A stretch of 64,000 nt of DNA from a virus (lineage: Duplodnaviria > Heunggongvirae > Uroviricota > Caudoviricetes), in IMG/VR virus record IMGVR_UViG_3300037418_001222; one strand, written 5' to 3'. Positions 17,612 through 25,802 of this stretch are shown here, one piece after another; position 1 is the first letter of the stretch, and every line of letters starts with the position of its first letter. The translations under genes and the position numbers were made by a program. The notes beneath the pieces are model-generated. The model worked only from the letters and a program-made list of their open reading frames with translations, was not told the DNA's origin and ran no database searches.

Positions 17612-17851
17612 TCAACCAGTAGAACTCGTCGGCTGGTGTCCCTTGCACTCGGGAGCATTGTCGATCACAAATATACTATCGTGTGTCGTAGTGATGTATA
17701 TTGCTCGACCAAATGCATCGCATTGATGATGAACATATTCGGCGACACGAGTGGGTTTATCGTTTTGCAAGTCTTTTATTGGAGAGTTCGGTGGAGCTTT
17801 GTTGCATCCAACTAACAACGCACAGATGATTAATGAATACTTCTTCATCAA
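17612..17851 (-). CDS. putative lipoprotein (79 aa)
   Basis: Signal peptide with lipobox LLVGC. Confidence 0.5.
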   Translation of the reverse strand: MMKKYSLIICALLVGCNKAPPNSPIKDLQNDKPTRVAEYVHHQCDAFGRAIYITTTHDSIFVIDNAPECKGHQPTSSTG

Positions 17852-17854
17852 ACC

Positions 17855-18049
17855 CTAATCCTCTCTGGGATATTTTCGAGCCATTCTATTCAGCACCCTC
17901 GATATTCCACAAAGTATAAACGAAACGGAGAGGTAAAATAGAGAGGCAGTCATTCGATCTTCATACGTTAGATAGATCGAAGTCAGAGAATACAATATCG
18001 AAAATATAACAAATTCGATCCAGAGCAAATTCAAAGACTTACGAGTCAT
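17855..18049 (-). CDS. small membrane protein (64 aa; start trimmed to the GGAG-preceded ATG)
   Basis: cctctGGAGtagatATGactcg removes the 107-nt overlap with the upstream ORF. Confidence 0.4.
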   Translation of the reverse strand: MTRKSLNLLWIEFVIFSILYSLTSIYLTYEDRMTASLFYLSVSFILCGISRVLNRMARKYPRED

Positions 18050-18053
18050 ATAT

Positions 18054-18590
18054 CTACTCCAGAGGAATAGCGATGAGGTGACCACCCATAAATTCATGAA
18101 AGCGAGCACCAACTCTCTTGAGGTCGGCCTCTGCGTTCTCAAAATTGTGTTGGTCTTCAACTGTGCTTCCTATTGAAAATAAACCTTGAAAGAGACTTCG
18201 AACATGGCGAATCATCTGTTGCTCGGACTTAAATCTCCATTTGCTGTTGACTTCTCCTTCTCGATCGATGTACAGCAACAGGAACGGCATAGCATCGAGT
18301 TCGTCCTTGTACCACTCGTCCCATAGATATCGAGCCGCGGCTTCAAGCGTTACGAAGTCCTTCTCTGTGGTCTCAATATGCACACTCCACGTTCCGTTCT
18401 TGTTCTGAGTGATTACACCCAGATTGTCGAAGCGCTCGATCTGTGGAAAGTCATCTCTCCTAACCACTATCTTGGGTTGCATAAAGACGACACCCGGACA
18501 TGGCTCGGGGAAGTCATGATAACCATCGATCATGAGTGTTCTGATGTCGCTCGTAAAGACGGCGAGCTTTCTCCATTCTTCATATTTCAT
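18054..18590 (-). CDS. hypothetical protein (178 aa)
   Basis: ORF. Confidence 0.5.
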   Translation of the reverse strand: MKYEEWRKLAVFTSDIRTLMIDGYHDFPEPCPGVVFMQPKIVVRRDDFPQIERFDNLGVITQNKNGTWSVHIETTEKDFVTLEAAARYLWDEWYKDELDAMPFLLLYIDREGEVNSKWRFKSEQQMIRHVRSLFQGLFSIGSTVEDQHNFENAEADLKRVGARFHEFMGGHLIAIPLE

Positions 18591-18856
18591 GATCGATACC
18601 TCCCATTTTTGATGAACTGATTTTCAATCGGTTCTCGCCTAGGTTCATATGGACGAAACCCCTGCTCGTTAAGCATCTCGACAAATTTAACGAGACCAAG
18701 ATCGGTATGACATATCATACCGTCTCGAAGTGAAACAAGGCATGGGTTTAATGAACACCTTTCATAACCAATGAGAAAGTGTTCGGTATTGGGGCCGCGA
18801 TGCACGATTTGCCCATAGTTTGAATTAACGTCCTCCGGCATCCAGACATATTTCAT
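18587..18856 (-). CDS. hypothetical protein (89 aa)
   Basis: ORF, ATGA overlap. Confidence 0.45.
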   Translation of the reverse strand: MKYVWMPEDVNSNYGQIVHRGPNTEHFLIGYERCSLNPCLVSLRDGMICHTDLGLVKFVEMLNEQGFRPYEPRREPIENQFIKNGRYRS

Positions 18857-19290
18857 TCGGCATCTCCGGTGGTCATCAATAATCCATCCGACACTCCTGA
18901 CACTGCTTTTTCGCCGACATCAGTGTTGATTGTCTTCGGGAGATTTGCTTGCGCGTCACGACGAATACGATACTCGATCTCTCGAATATCATTGTCCATG
19001 ACTCGCTTGATCCACTTCGATCTCGATTCCATCGGAAAGACGTTGGTCTTAAGACCAATATGGCGTCGAACCTGCTCGAGAGTGATCGGTTCGCCCTTTG
19101 GCCACTGCGACATGGCGTCAGAAGCTGCAACTCGGAGATAGAACTCGATGTAGTTCTTCTCGGTGATCTCACCCATGCCGGCCGAAATTGTTGAAAAGAT
19201 GATCGATTGAGTCTTGGGGAGAGGCATTCCATCGTCTCCCAAGAGCTCCTTGAAGTCCTTGACCTTCGTCAATTCAAATGATAGCGACAT
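18853..19290 (-). CDS. hypothetical protein (145 aa)
   Basis: ORF directly after the cassette promoter. Confidence 0.5.
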   Translation of the reverse strand: MSLSFELTKVKDFKELLGDDGMPLPKTQSIIFSTISAGMGEITEKNYIEFYLRVAASDAMSQWPKGEPITLEQVRRHIGLKTNVFPMESRSKWIKRVMDNDIREIEYRIRRDAQANLPKTINTDVGEKAVSGVSDGLLMTTGDAE

Positions 19291-19310
19291 AATCCACCTC
19301 CTATTCTCAT

Positions 19311-19338
19311 AATCTAATCTGATTATGAGAAAATGTCA
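19311..19338 (-). promoter_or_regulatory. sigma70-type early promoter cassette with stem-loop (TTGACA-N16-TAGATT)
   Basis: Minus: gccaTTGACAttttctcataatcagatTAGATTatgagaataGGAGGTGG; TCTCATAATC/GATTATGAGA inverted repeat. Confidence 0.6.
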
Positions 19339-19348
19339 ATGGCTTTTA

Positions 19349-19894
19349 TTACGAACAACATTGAGAGCAAGGGCGATCTTCTCCCTCCCCGTCGCCAGCA
19401 TCGAATGTTGTTGAAGCAGGGTCGATACCAGAGCCTCCACAACGATCGCATTCTCCTTCTTCGTACTCGTCCTCTGATGGATTCGTATTGATCCGAATGT
19501 GTCCGAACACGAGGTCGCCGTCACCAGTACTTCGATTACACTCACTCGCTACGTGAATAACGTCATCGAATGTGTGAATGGTCCCGAGCTCCTCGATCTC
19601 TTTCAGTTTCTCTTTGTCACACATTTCGAGAGGAATGATTCCAATGGAGCCAGAATCAACGCAATAGTCGAATCCATCCGATCCTCGATATCGGCCATCA
19701 CCCCAAAGAGTGTTGAAAACTGCAAAACGCATGCCATTCGAGAGGTTGAACTCTCCCTGTAGAATACGGCCACCAAGAAGGGTCTGAGCATTTGGTTCGC
19801 AGCCAATAAGTTTCAGATACTCTTGATCGTAGAGTTCACGGTTGAGCACGTAACATGGATCACCGATATAATATCGCCCCGGTAGTAGAGTCAT
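19349..19894 (-). CDS. hypothetical protein (181 aa, Cys-rich acidic C-terminus)
   Basis: ORF. Confidence 0.5.
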   Translation of the reverse strand: MTLLPGRYYIGDPCYVLNRELYDQEYLKLIGCEPNAQTLLGGRILQGEFNLSNGMRFAVFNTLWGDGRYRGSDGFDYCVDSGSIGIIPLEMCDKEKLKEIEELGTIHTFDDVIHVASECNRSTGDGDLVFGHIRINTNPSEDEYEEGECDRCGGSGIDPASTTFDAGDGEGEDRPCSQCCS

Positions 19895-20172
19895 GTTAGT
19901 TCCTCCTCGAATTTTACGAAACCATAGATGTGGCGAAGAATATCTTTAAGCGCTTCAATGACCGCTTCATCACACATCTCACCTCGATAATTGGTTTCCT
20001 TATATGCAGGGTCATTCATTTCTCGAATAACCTCATTGATAAGAGGAATGGGTGCATTCATATTCTGAAGAGCCGTTCTCATTCCATCTGTATCGTTTCG
20101 ATATGCGACGGCGAGGTTTCGTGCACCATCAAAAACGAGGAGATCATATTTTCGTTTTTCAGACGTAGTCAT
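19891..20172 (-). CDS. hypothetical protein (93 aa; start trimmed to the GGAGGG-preceded ATG)
   Basis: gagagaGGAGGGactgacATG; removes the overlap with the upstream ORF. Confidence 0.45.
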   Translation of the reverse strand: MTTSEKRKYDLLVFDGARNLAVAYRNDTDGMRTALQNMNAPIPLINEVIREMNDPAYKETNYRGEMCDEAVIEALKDILRHIYGFVKFEEELT

Positions 20173-20173
20173 G

Positions 20174-20728
20174 TCAGTCCCTCCTCTCTCCACAATGAAT
20201 GCACATGTCGAATGCCGGCTCGATGAGATTTCCATCTTCATCGACGCTTTCAACGAACTCATGTTGACAGAGTTCTTCGGCTGCGCCTCTCATTCGAGTC
20301 CAGCAGGCTTCTGGATCGGACGCAAACTCTTCTCTGGTCACGCAACTTCCTTCGAGAACCTTGGTGGCATCATCGATGTCTAGACCGAGTTTTAGAGCTA
20401 TAAACCCCACTCCCGGAAGAGTCCGTCTCTCTTTCTCGAGTTCCTCTTCCAGTCGATCATCGGAGATCAGGGCACCGCCACGATCATATTGCATGGCCCG
20501 ATTCTCTTTTTCGAGATAGGCTGAGTGTGCCTTGGTGTATTCGCTATTGTAGTGACCCCAGAAGAACTCACGTGGTTCTTTAGAACCAGGATCTCGAACG
20601 AAGGAATGGGCGATATACTCGGTAGTGTTTCCATCCTTGTCGAGACGCTCTCGGAGAATAAATCCTCCTGGTTGCGTAGACTCATCACCACGAGTATACG
20701 CAATCTTAAGGACCTTGAACGGCATCAT
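20174..20728 (-). CDS. hypothetical protein (184 aa)
   Basis: ORF after the cassette promoter. Confidence 0.5.
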   Translation of the reverse strand: MMPFKVLKIAYTRGDESTQPGGFILRERLDKDGNTTEYIAHSFVRDPGSKEPREFFWGHYNSEYTKAHSAYLEKENRAMQYDRGGALISDDRLEEELEKERRTLPGVGFIALKLGLDIDDATKVLEGSCVTREEFASDPEACWTRMRGAAEELCQHEFVESVDEDGNLIEPAFDMCIHCGERRD

Positions 20729-20747
20729 CCACCTCCTTTATTCTCCC

Positions 20748-20776
20748 TATCTTATTAGGAGAATGAGAAAACGTCA
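20748..20776 (-). promoter_or_regulatory. sigma70-type early promoter cassette (TTGACG-N17-TAAGAT)
   Basis: Minus: gcccTTGACGttttctcattctcctaaTAAGATagggagaataaaGGAGGTGG. Confidence 0.55.
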
Positions 20777-21010
20777 AGGGCTTTTATTTTGTTTGTCCTT
20801 GCTTCTCGACTTGTTCTTGAGGTAGTTCTTACCGAGTCGAATAAATGGCTTGGTGATCGCCATGAAGATGACTCCATCACCACCACAAGCGCAACACGGC
20901 CACCAGATCATTGGTTTGAATGTTATGAGGCTACCAGAGCCTCCACATAGTCGACATATCATGAGACATGCAACCATTCCACAGTAAACCACTGATTGGG
21001 AATTCTGCAC
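20774..21010 (-). CDS. hypothetical Cys-rich small protein (78 aa)
   Basis: ORF; overlaps 20959-21216 by 52 nt in another frame. Confidence 0.35.
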   Translation of the reverse strand: MQNSQSVVYCGMVACLMICRLCGGSGSLITFKPMIWWPCCACGGDGVIFMAITKPFIRLGKNYLKNKSRSKDKQNKSP

Positions 21011-21216
21011 GACAAGATATCAGAGAGAATACTGTTTGTGTAGTCTCTCATTTCAGCAGCTGGAGAAGCTCCAATCCAATCTTGAAAACGGTCACCATAT
21101 TCAGCACCGGAAGAGCGAAGAGTATATCCTCGCTCTTCCATGATATCTTTAACGAGTTTATCGCTTCGTGCTGACTTGATATCGTCGGGTTCAACGGGTC
21201 GGCTAATTCTAATCAT
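20959..21216 (-). CDS. hypothetical protein (85 aa)
   Basis: ORF. Confidence 0.4.
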   Translation of the reverse strand: MIRISRPVEPDDIKSARSDKLVKDIMEERGYTLRSSGAEYGDRFQDWIGASPAAEMRDYTNSILSDILSCRIPNQWFTVEWLHVS

Positions 21217-21464
21217 CCCCCGAATCTCCTATCAATGAATAAGATGGGTTGCCGGACCGACACCAACCAGATCTACCGGCAACCCCAGCTCTCCAGTCGG
21301 TTGATTCCATCTAACCGAGAGCTGTTTTCTATTCATAAGGTCGGCACGGCCTCCAAGGCGCTATCCTTGATATCAAATACTCTGCCGATGAGTACATGCG
21401 GATCTTTTTCTTTAAGACAAAAGATCACATGGTTCTTCTGGTCCCTATCTTGTTCTCCTTCTCC

Positions 21465-21632
21465 TTATGAGAGCGCCACTCCAACCGGATTTCCATTGAA
21501 GCGCTGAATTACACCAAATCGATGACTCTCCCACCGAGTAGACTCTAATGGAGCCGCGATATAGCTGATACTGGGATGACGGCTCAGTGAATTAAGAACC
21601 GAAGCCCTTCTTTCCGCTCTCTTCTGATCCAT
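21465..21632 (-). CDS. hypothetical small protein (55 aa; not in ORF track)
   Basis: GGAGGTGGttggagattATG after promoter 21669-21697; hand-translated MDQKRAERRASVLNSLSRHPSISYIAAPLESTRWESHRFGVIQRFNGNPVGVALS. Confidence 0.3.
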   Translation of the reverse strand: MDQKRAERRASVLNSLSRHPSISYIAAPLESTRWESHRFGVIQRFNGNPVGVALS

Positions 21633-21668
21633 AATCTCCAACCACCTCCAATAATGAATTCTCTTAAA

Positions 21669-21697
21669 AATCTAATCCAAGCAGGAGAAAATGTCAA
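21669..21697 (-). promoter_or_regulatory. sigma70-type early promoter cassette (TTGACA-N16-TAGATT)
   Basis: Minus: gcctaTTGACAttttctcctgcttggatTAGATTtttaag. Confidence 0.55.
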
Positions 21698-21706
21698 TAG
21701 GCATTT

Positions 21707-22018
21707 TCATGCCGCTTTAGACTTGATCAGCTGAACGTGACCAGACTCACAGGCTCGCTCGACTATCTCCTGGATGTCGTCGAAGTGCTTTGCAAGCTCA
21801 TTAACAATCTCTAATTTTGGAACCTGAGCAAGCAATAAGTCGACAGTCTCCTCGATTGCTAGAGAGGCTACCTGATGGGCCTTCATCGCTTTGTCCAAGA
21901 TCATCCAATTATCACACGACGGATTCTCTCTGAACGCATTAGAAGCATTAGAGAGATACTGGCCAGTGATCTCGGTGGCGTACGCACGAACTCCCATTAG
22001 ATAACCTCCCTTATTCAA
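21707..22018 (-). CDS. hypothetical protein (103 aa)
   Basis: ORF. Confidence 0.5.
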   Translation of the reverse strand: MNKGGYLMGVRAYATEITGQYLSNASNAFRENPSCDNWMILDKAMKAHQVASLAIEETVDLLLAQVPKLEIVNELAKHFDDIQEIVERACESGHVQLIKSKAA

Positions 22019-22579
22019 CTAAGCCGAAACCCTGGATGATTTGATGCGTGATGGTGTACAACCGATAGAAGAAGCTGAGCTTTCTAGAGGCTTCTTCTTC
22101 TCCGGTGCTTTATATGGCTCGAGAACTTCTAACATATGGAAGTCGATCCAGTCTCCTCCCTTTAGCTCCCCATTCGAGGCCTCGGGAACAACGAGAGCCT
22201 GTGGTGCATTGTATGATAGAGTAACTGCCAAGTGAGTCACACGCCCAACTAATCCAGTCGTGTAGTCTTTGACTTTATCTCCAAGATTGATCGTATTCGG
22301 AGGAATTTCGTTTTTGTGCCGTTCAGGATGCGCTTGAACGAGTTCGAGACGAGTGCCAGGATATGATTCTATAGTTGTCCTTTTAAGAGCACTCTGTTCG
22401 CCTTTTACATCGATTAGCAGATCAATTGTGAAGGTGTCGCATCCAGAAATATGGAAATCTCGTTTGACCAAGATGCCTTGAATGCTTGGATTGAAGATAT
22501 CCCGAACTTCATCACCCAACTTAAAGTTCCAGGCCTGTGATCCTGGCGTTGGAATGTTTGGAATGAACTTCTTAGTCAT
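22019..22579 (-). CDS. hypothetical protein (186 aa)
   Basis: ORF. Confidence 0.5.
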   Translation of the reverse strand: MTKKFIPNIPTPGSQAWNFKLGDEVRDIFNPSIQGILVKRDFHISGCDTFTIDLLIDVKGEQSALKRTTIESYPGTRLELVQAHPERHKNEIPPNTINLGDKVKDYTTGLVGRVTHLAVTLSYNAPQALVVPEASNGELKGGDWIDFHMLEVLEPYKAPEKKKPLESSASSIGCTPSRIKSSRVSA

Positions 22580-22594
22580 CGTCCTCTCCTTTGG

Positions 22595-22771
22595 TTAAAG
22601 CGATTGGTACTTGGATCGAGTTCCATTCGTAGATGCGAACCTGTCAAATGGAGAGCGATTGTTGTCACTCTCCTTGGCTGTTGGAAACAGCGTCTTGGCC
22701 TTTCCTCGAGTCGGAATCTTCTTCACCTTAACTGGTTTACCGTGTTTGTCTAACAACTCCTTCTGTTCCAT
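22595..22771 (-). CDS. hypothetical small basic protein (58 aa; not in ORF track)
   Basis: GGAGGGattatcATG; hand-translated MEQKELLDKHGKPVKVKKIPTRGKAKTLFPTAKESDNNRSPFDRFASTNGTRSKYQSL. Confidence 0.3.
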   Translation of the reverse strand: MEQKELLDKHGKPVKVKKIPTRGKAKTLFPTAKESDNNRSPFDRFASTNGTRSKYQSL

Positions 22772-22842
22772 GATAATCCCTCCATCCGATTTGGTTCCCC
22801 ACTATAAACCAGATTATACTCGAAGTAAACTGCATTATCTTA

Positions 22843-23115
22843 TTACGGTAGGGGATAGAGTTCGGTGATACCATGATGGTGCAGCTCCTCGATCCGCTCG
22901 CACGAGATAAAACGAAACGCCCGTTTCCGGACGTCATAAACTGATATCAAGTTGTATTTCTTTGGATCGAATGAGAGTCCAACCCCTTTGACTCCTTTTC
23001 GAACTCCAGTTCGAGCTTGCATGAACCTCTCTTCATCATTTGTTCGTTTGATGAAGATAACGGTGAAGATCCGTCCATCTGATATCTTGGGTTCGATTTC
23101 AGCTGCTCTTGGCAT
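22843..23115 (-). CDS. hypothetical protein (90 aa)
   Basis: ORF. Confidence 0.45.
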   Translation of the reverse strand: MPRAAEIEPKISDGRIFTVIFIKRTNDEERFMQARTGVRKGVKGVGLSFDPKKYNLISVYDVRKRAFRFISCERIEELHHHGITELYPLP

Positions 23116-23449
23116 TATCCACCAAATGCAATGTCATTCGAACTTCGAGTATACGATCAATTTTTTCAACAAGATGGAGAGGATCTATTTTCATCGGGCA
23201 TTTCATATCGAGATCGGTGGAGAGAAGCCAAGTATGGCATTCAATCAACCACATCTTCATCTCATTGAGAAGGTTATTCTCGGCAAGAAATTCATCTGCC
23301 ATTTTCTGTTGTTTAGCTGGTTCCGGAGTAGGGAAGAATACTCGTCTCATCTCTAGGAGACAATCATGATAACCCTGTTGATAGTCGCTATCAGGTGGAT
23401 CTTTCTCGCCAAGTGCAATCATGTCGTTAAGATATTCTTCGAGATCCAT
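23099..23449 (-). CDS. hypothetical protein (116 aa; start trimmed to MDLEEY)
   Basis: atGGAGGTGGaaATGgatctc after promoter 23469-23497. Confidence 0.5.
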   Translation of the reverse strand: MDLEEYLNDMIALGEKDPPDSDYQQGYHDCLLEMRRVFFPTPEPAKQQKMADEFLAENNLLNEMKMWLIECHTWLLSTDLDMKCPMKIDPLHLVEKIDRILEVRMTLHLVDNAKSS

Positions 23450-23468
23450 TTCCACCTCCATTTTCTCT

Positions 23469-23497
23469 ATCTTAATTCGATTATAAGAAAATGTCAA
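23469..23497 (-). promoter_or_regulatory. sigma70-type early promoter cassette (TTGACA-N17-TAAGAT)
   Basis: Minus: gaaaTTGACAttttcttataatcgaatTAAGATagag. Confidence 0.55.
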
Positions 23498-23499
23498 TT

Positions 23500-23700
23500 T
23501 CAAATTATTTGCGGAGTGAGCTTCTCCTCACCGATCCATGATCGGCCCTTCTTGTAGATCGAGTAGTATTCGTAAGGCTGGTTCATGGCGTTCACATGAG
23601 ATCCAGCCTTACGAAGTCTAATCTCGTTTTCATTCTCGTGATACTTGATCGTATATCCAAGCTTATACGACTGAGTAATGAGCGATGCTTTGCTAGCCAT
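23500..23700 (-). CDS. hypothetical protein (66 aa)
   Basis: ORF. Confidence 0.45.
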   Translation of the reverse strand: MASKASLITQSYKLGYTIKYHENENEIRLRKAGSHVNAMNQPYEYYSIYKKGRSWIGEEKLTPQII

Positions 23701-23712
23701 TAATCCCCCAGT

Positions 23713-23949
23713 TCATTTGCTCAGATTCGGATTCGGGTGATGTGGTTCAACCCAGAGGACACGATCAAAGTACGAGAAATGTGCTCCTCCTGGAGGAGCA
23801 CCATAGTTTGCAGCATTGATGATTATCTCCGCTATAGACTTAGGATCAGACGCGAAATCATCCCAGTATTCTTGACCTCGAAGAGTAAGACATTTCGTGT
23901 CTGCATCATCAACTGAAATGCCATACCGATTTCCTTGTCTGATCGTCAT
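23713..23949 (-). CDS. hypothetical protein (78 aa; start trimmed to MTIRQG)
   Basis: GGTGGGAGttcgggtaATGacg after promoter 23994-24021. Confidence 0.45.
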   Translation of the reverse strand: MTIRQGNRYGISVDDADTKCLTLRGQEYWDDFASDPKSIAEIIINAANYGAPPGGAHFSYFDRVLWVEPHHPNPNLSK

Positions 23950-23993
23950 TACCCGAACTCCCACCGAGATGAAACATATCTCCCATGACTAGA

Positions 23994-24021
23994 ATACTAA
24001 ACTATTCGTTACAAAATGTCA
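23994..24021 (-). promoter_or_regulatory. sigma70-type early promoter cassette (TTGACA-N16-TAGTAT)
   Basis: Minus: gcccTTGACAttttgtaacgaatagtTTAGTATtcta. Confidence 0.55.
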
Positions 24022-24774
24022 AGGGCTTTTATACGGTTCGCCTTCAACCCATAATATATCTATCGGTGCTCCTTGAGAGTCATCGAATACCCCAATAGCA
24101 AGACGGCCTGTATACCAAGCAAAAGTATCTAGATCAGTACGACCACTTAGGAGAATTGGACCCTTAGCCCACTGTTCGTGTCCATGAACGATGTGTTTAT
24201 CATAGTTGGCATCCTTGTGAATACCGGACATCTCATCTGGCCACTTCCAGTTCTCATCGAAACAATACCAGGTGAGTTCATCTACATCGTGATTGGCTGC
24301 AGGTTTCCCCCTCTTCAAACCACCAGCGTGAACAAACACTTGCTTATCAGTCTCAATATAAAATGGAAGTGAGTATATCCACGCCAGGTCCTCTTTGAGA
24401 GATCCTTTTAGTGGCATGAGAGCATCGCCATCTTCATATCCATATGACATGAGAGTGGTATATCCACCATTCCCCATCCACCATGTAAGAGAAGCGCCTC
24501 CGGTGCAGCACCTAAACATCATGTCTTCGTGATTACCACGAATAACTTTGAGTGGAAGAACGGTCAATTCTGGATACTTAGACTCGTTGTCTAGTATCTC
24601 TTGCATCGTCTTAATGATTCCGGCGGACTCTGGACCTCGATCGACAAAGTCACCTAAGACGATAAACTGAGATTCTGGTCGGCCCCTGTTAGACCAATCA
24701 GCAAGCGCTTTGGATCGCGCCTTCGTAAAGAGATCGAGACGACCATGAAGATCGCCAATAGCGTATGTTATCAT
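24019..24774 (-). CDS. Ser/Thr protein phosphatase (PPP family, lambda-PPase-like metallophosphoesterase)
   Basis: GDLHG, GDFVDRG and GNHE phosphoesterase motifs in order. Confidence 0.8.
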   Translation of the reverse strand: MITYAIGDLHGRLDLFTKARSKALADWSNRGRPESQFIVLGDFVDRGPESAGIIKTMQEILDNESKYPELTVLPLKVIRGNHEDMMFRCCTGGASLTWWMGNGGYTTLMSYGYEDGDALMPLKGSLKEDLAWIYSLPFYIETDKQVFVHAGGLKRGKPAANHDVDELTWYCFDENWKWPDEMSGIHKDANYDKHIVHGHEQWAKGPILLSGRTDLDTFAWYTGRLAIGVFDDSQGAPIDILWVEGEPYKSP

Positions 24775-24953
24775 TTTTGAACTCGAACATTTGGAAAGAA
24801 TTTTTGGATCAATTCTTCAGAACATTTGTCTCCGGTTGGCCCATATCTCTCGAAAAATTTGTCGCACATACTACACCCATCTCTTGGCCGATGATAGAAA
24901 TTACAGAATGGGTGATGGAGATATTTCTCGCTAAATGGAATGAACTCGCTCAC
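24771..24953 (-). CDS. hypothetical Cys/His-rich small protein (60 aa)
   Basis: ORF, ATGA overlap. Confidence 0.4.
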   Translation of the reverse strand: MSEFIPFSEKYLHHPFCNFYHRPRDGCSMCDKFFERYGPTGDKCSEELIQKFFPNVRVQK

Positions 24954-25201
24954 AGTGGCTGCTTGTAAGTGTAGACGTTCTGCTTATTGCGAACATCAAA
25001 GGTCTCGCCGTTGATTGTAACCTTGTCGGCTACTCTATCTCCAGTCTCCTGAATGCTCTGAAGCACGGGAAGGGTTTGACTGAACATATATCCATCGTTG
25101 TCTTCTTTGTCGAAGTTCTCAATGGTAATGGTCTTATCACCGTGATCGATGTAAGTCATCGTCCAGACGACTCCGCCGACATTGATGCATGCTTTATTCA
25201 T
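24950..25201 (-). CDS. hypothetical protein (83 aa)
   Basis: ORF. Confidence 0.45.
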   Translation of the reverse strand: MNKACINVGGVVWTMTYIDHGDKTITIENFDKEDNDGYMFSQTLPVLQSIQETGDRVADKVTINGETFDVRNKQNVYTYKQPL

Positions 25202-25535
25202 GCTTTTTATCCTGAGTTAGTTTGTTTGATAGTGTTTGGGTGGCGAGCAGAACCATAGATGGGGTGGTACCGTGCTCGCCACCCGCTGCTCGTCGCCGGG
25301 AGGTGGTGGAGGGTGGCGACGAGCAGTTTCGAAAAACTTCGATAACCGACTTCCAATGATTATCGTTCGCCGGTTGATATTTCTTTACTCGAGAGAAACT
25401 CGATAATACTCCATTCTCTATCACTCGTACAGCCGGTGAGTCATTATCACCACCATACACGATGAGAACCGCTCTAACCATACTATCGAGCACACAGTCT
25501 CCATCAGAAAGAGGACTATATATTGTTTCCATCAA
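25194..25535 (-). CDS. hypothetical protein; ORF reads through a GC-rich twin-hairpin element, true extent uncertain
   Basis: The C-terminal third (SSPPSTTSRRRAAGGEHGTT) is encoded by the palindromic GC-rich segment 25238-25326. Confidence 0.3.
   Translation of the reverse strand: MMETIYSPLSDGDCVLDSMVRAVLIVYGGDNDSPAVRVIENGVLSSFSRVKKYQPANDNHWKSVIEVFRNCSSPPSTTSRRRAAGGEHGTTPSMVLLATQTLSNKLTQDKKHE
25238..25326. repeat. GC-rich twin palindrome (two 12-bp perfect stems) embedded in AT-rich sequence
   Basis: GGGTGGCGAGCA (25238-25249) / TGCTCGCCACCC (25273-25284); CTGCTCGTCGCC (25286-25297) / GGCGACGAGCAG (25315-25326). About 70% GC against about 40% flanks. Confidence 0.6.
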
Positions 25536-25543
25536 AATGTCAA
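25515..25543 (-). promoter_or_regulatory. sigma70-type early promoter (TTGACA-N17-TATAGT)
   Basis: Minus: ccTTGACAttttgatggaaacaataTATAGTcctc. Confidence 0.5.
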
Positions 25544-25738
25544 GGAATTTTTACTCGCTCCAATCTGATTGACGGTAACAATGAATTTCGAGCCATCTTT
25601 CCAATACAGCAGAAACTCATTATAGTCAAGGGGTTCCACTCGACTAACAAGAGGAATCTTTTCGAGAGTCGTGTGAGCAAGGCGGCGGGTGATACCTGCC
25701 TCGTTCTCATGCTGTCTTTCGAATTTCACTTCGCTCAC
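25532..25738 (-). CDS. hypothetical protein (68 aa, GTG start)
   Basis: ataGGAGatactGTGagcgaa after promoter 25760-25788. Confidence 0.4.
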   Translation of the reverse strand: MSEVKFERQHENEAGITRRLAHTTLEKIPLVSRVEPLDYNEFLLYWKDGSKFIVTVNQIGASKNSLTF

Positions 25739-25759
25739 ACAGTATCTCCTATTCTGAGT

Positions 25760-25788
25760 ATTCTAATTCACCCAGAATAAAACGTCAA
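25760..25788 (-). promoter_or_regulatory. sigma70-type early promoter cassette with stem-loop (TTGACG-N17-TAGAAT)
   Basis: Minus: cgcctaTTGACGttttattctgggtgaatTAGAATactcagaataGGAG; TATTCTG/CAGAATA stem. Confidence 0.6.
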
Positions 25789-25802
25789 TAGGCGTTTTTC
25801 AG

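Noticed and set aside
20774-21216. Programmed frameshift or pseudogene joining 20959-21216 and 20774-21010
   Set aside because: The 52-nt overlap has no slippery site, and both ORFs have their own ATG. They are left as two overlapping small genes with low confidence.
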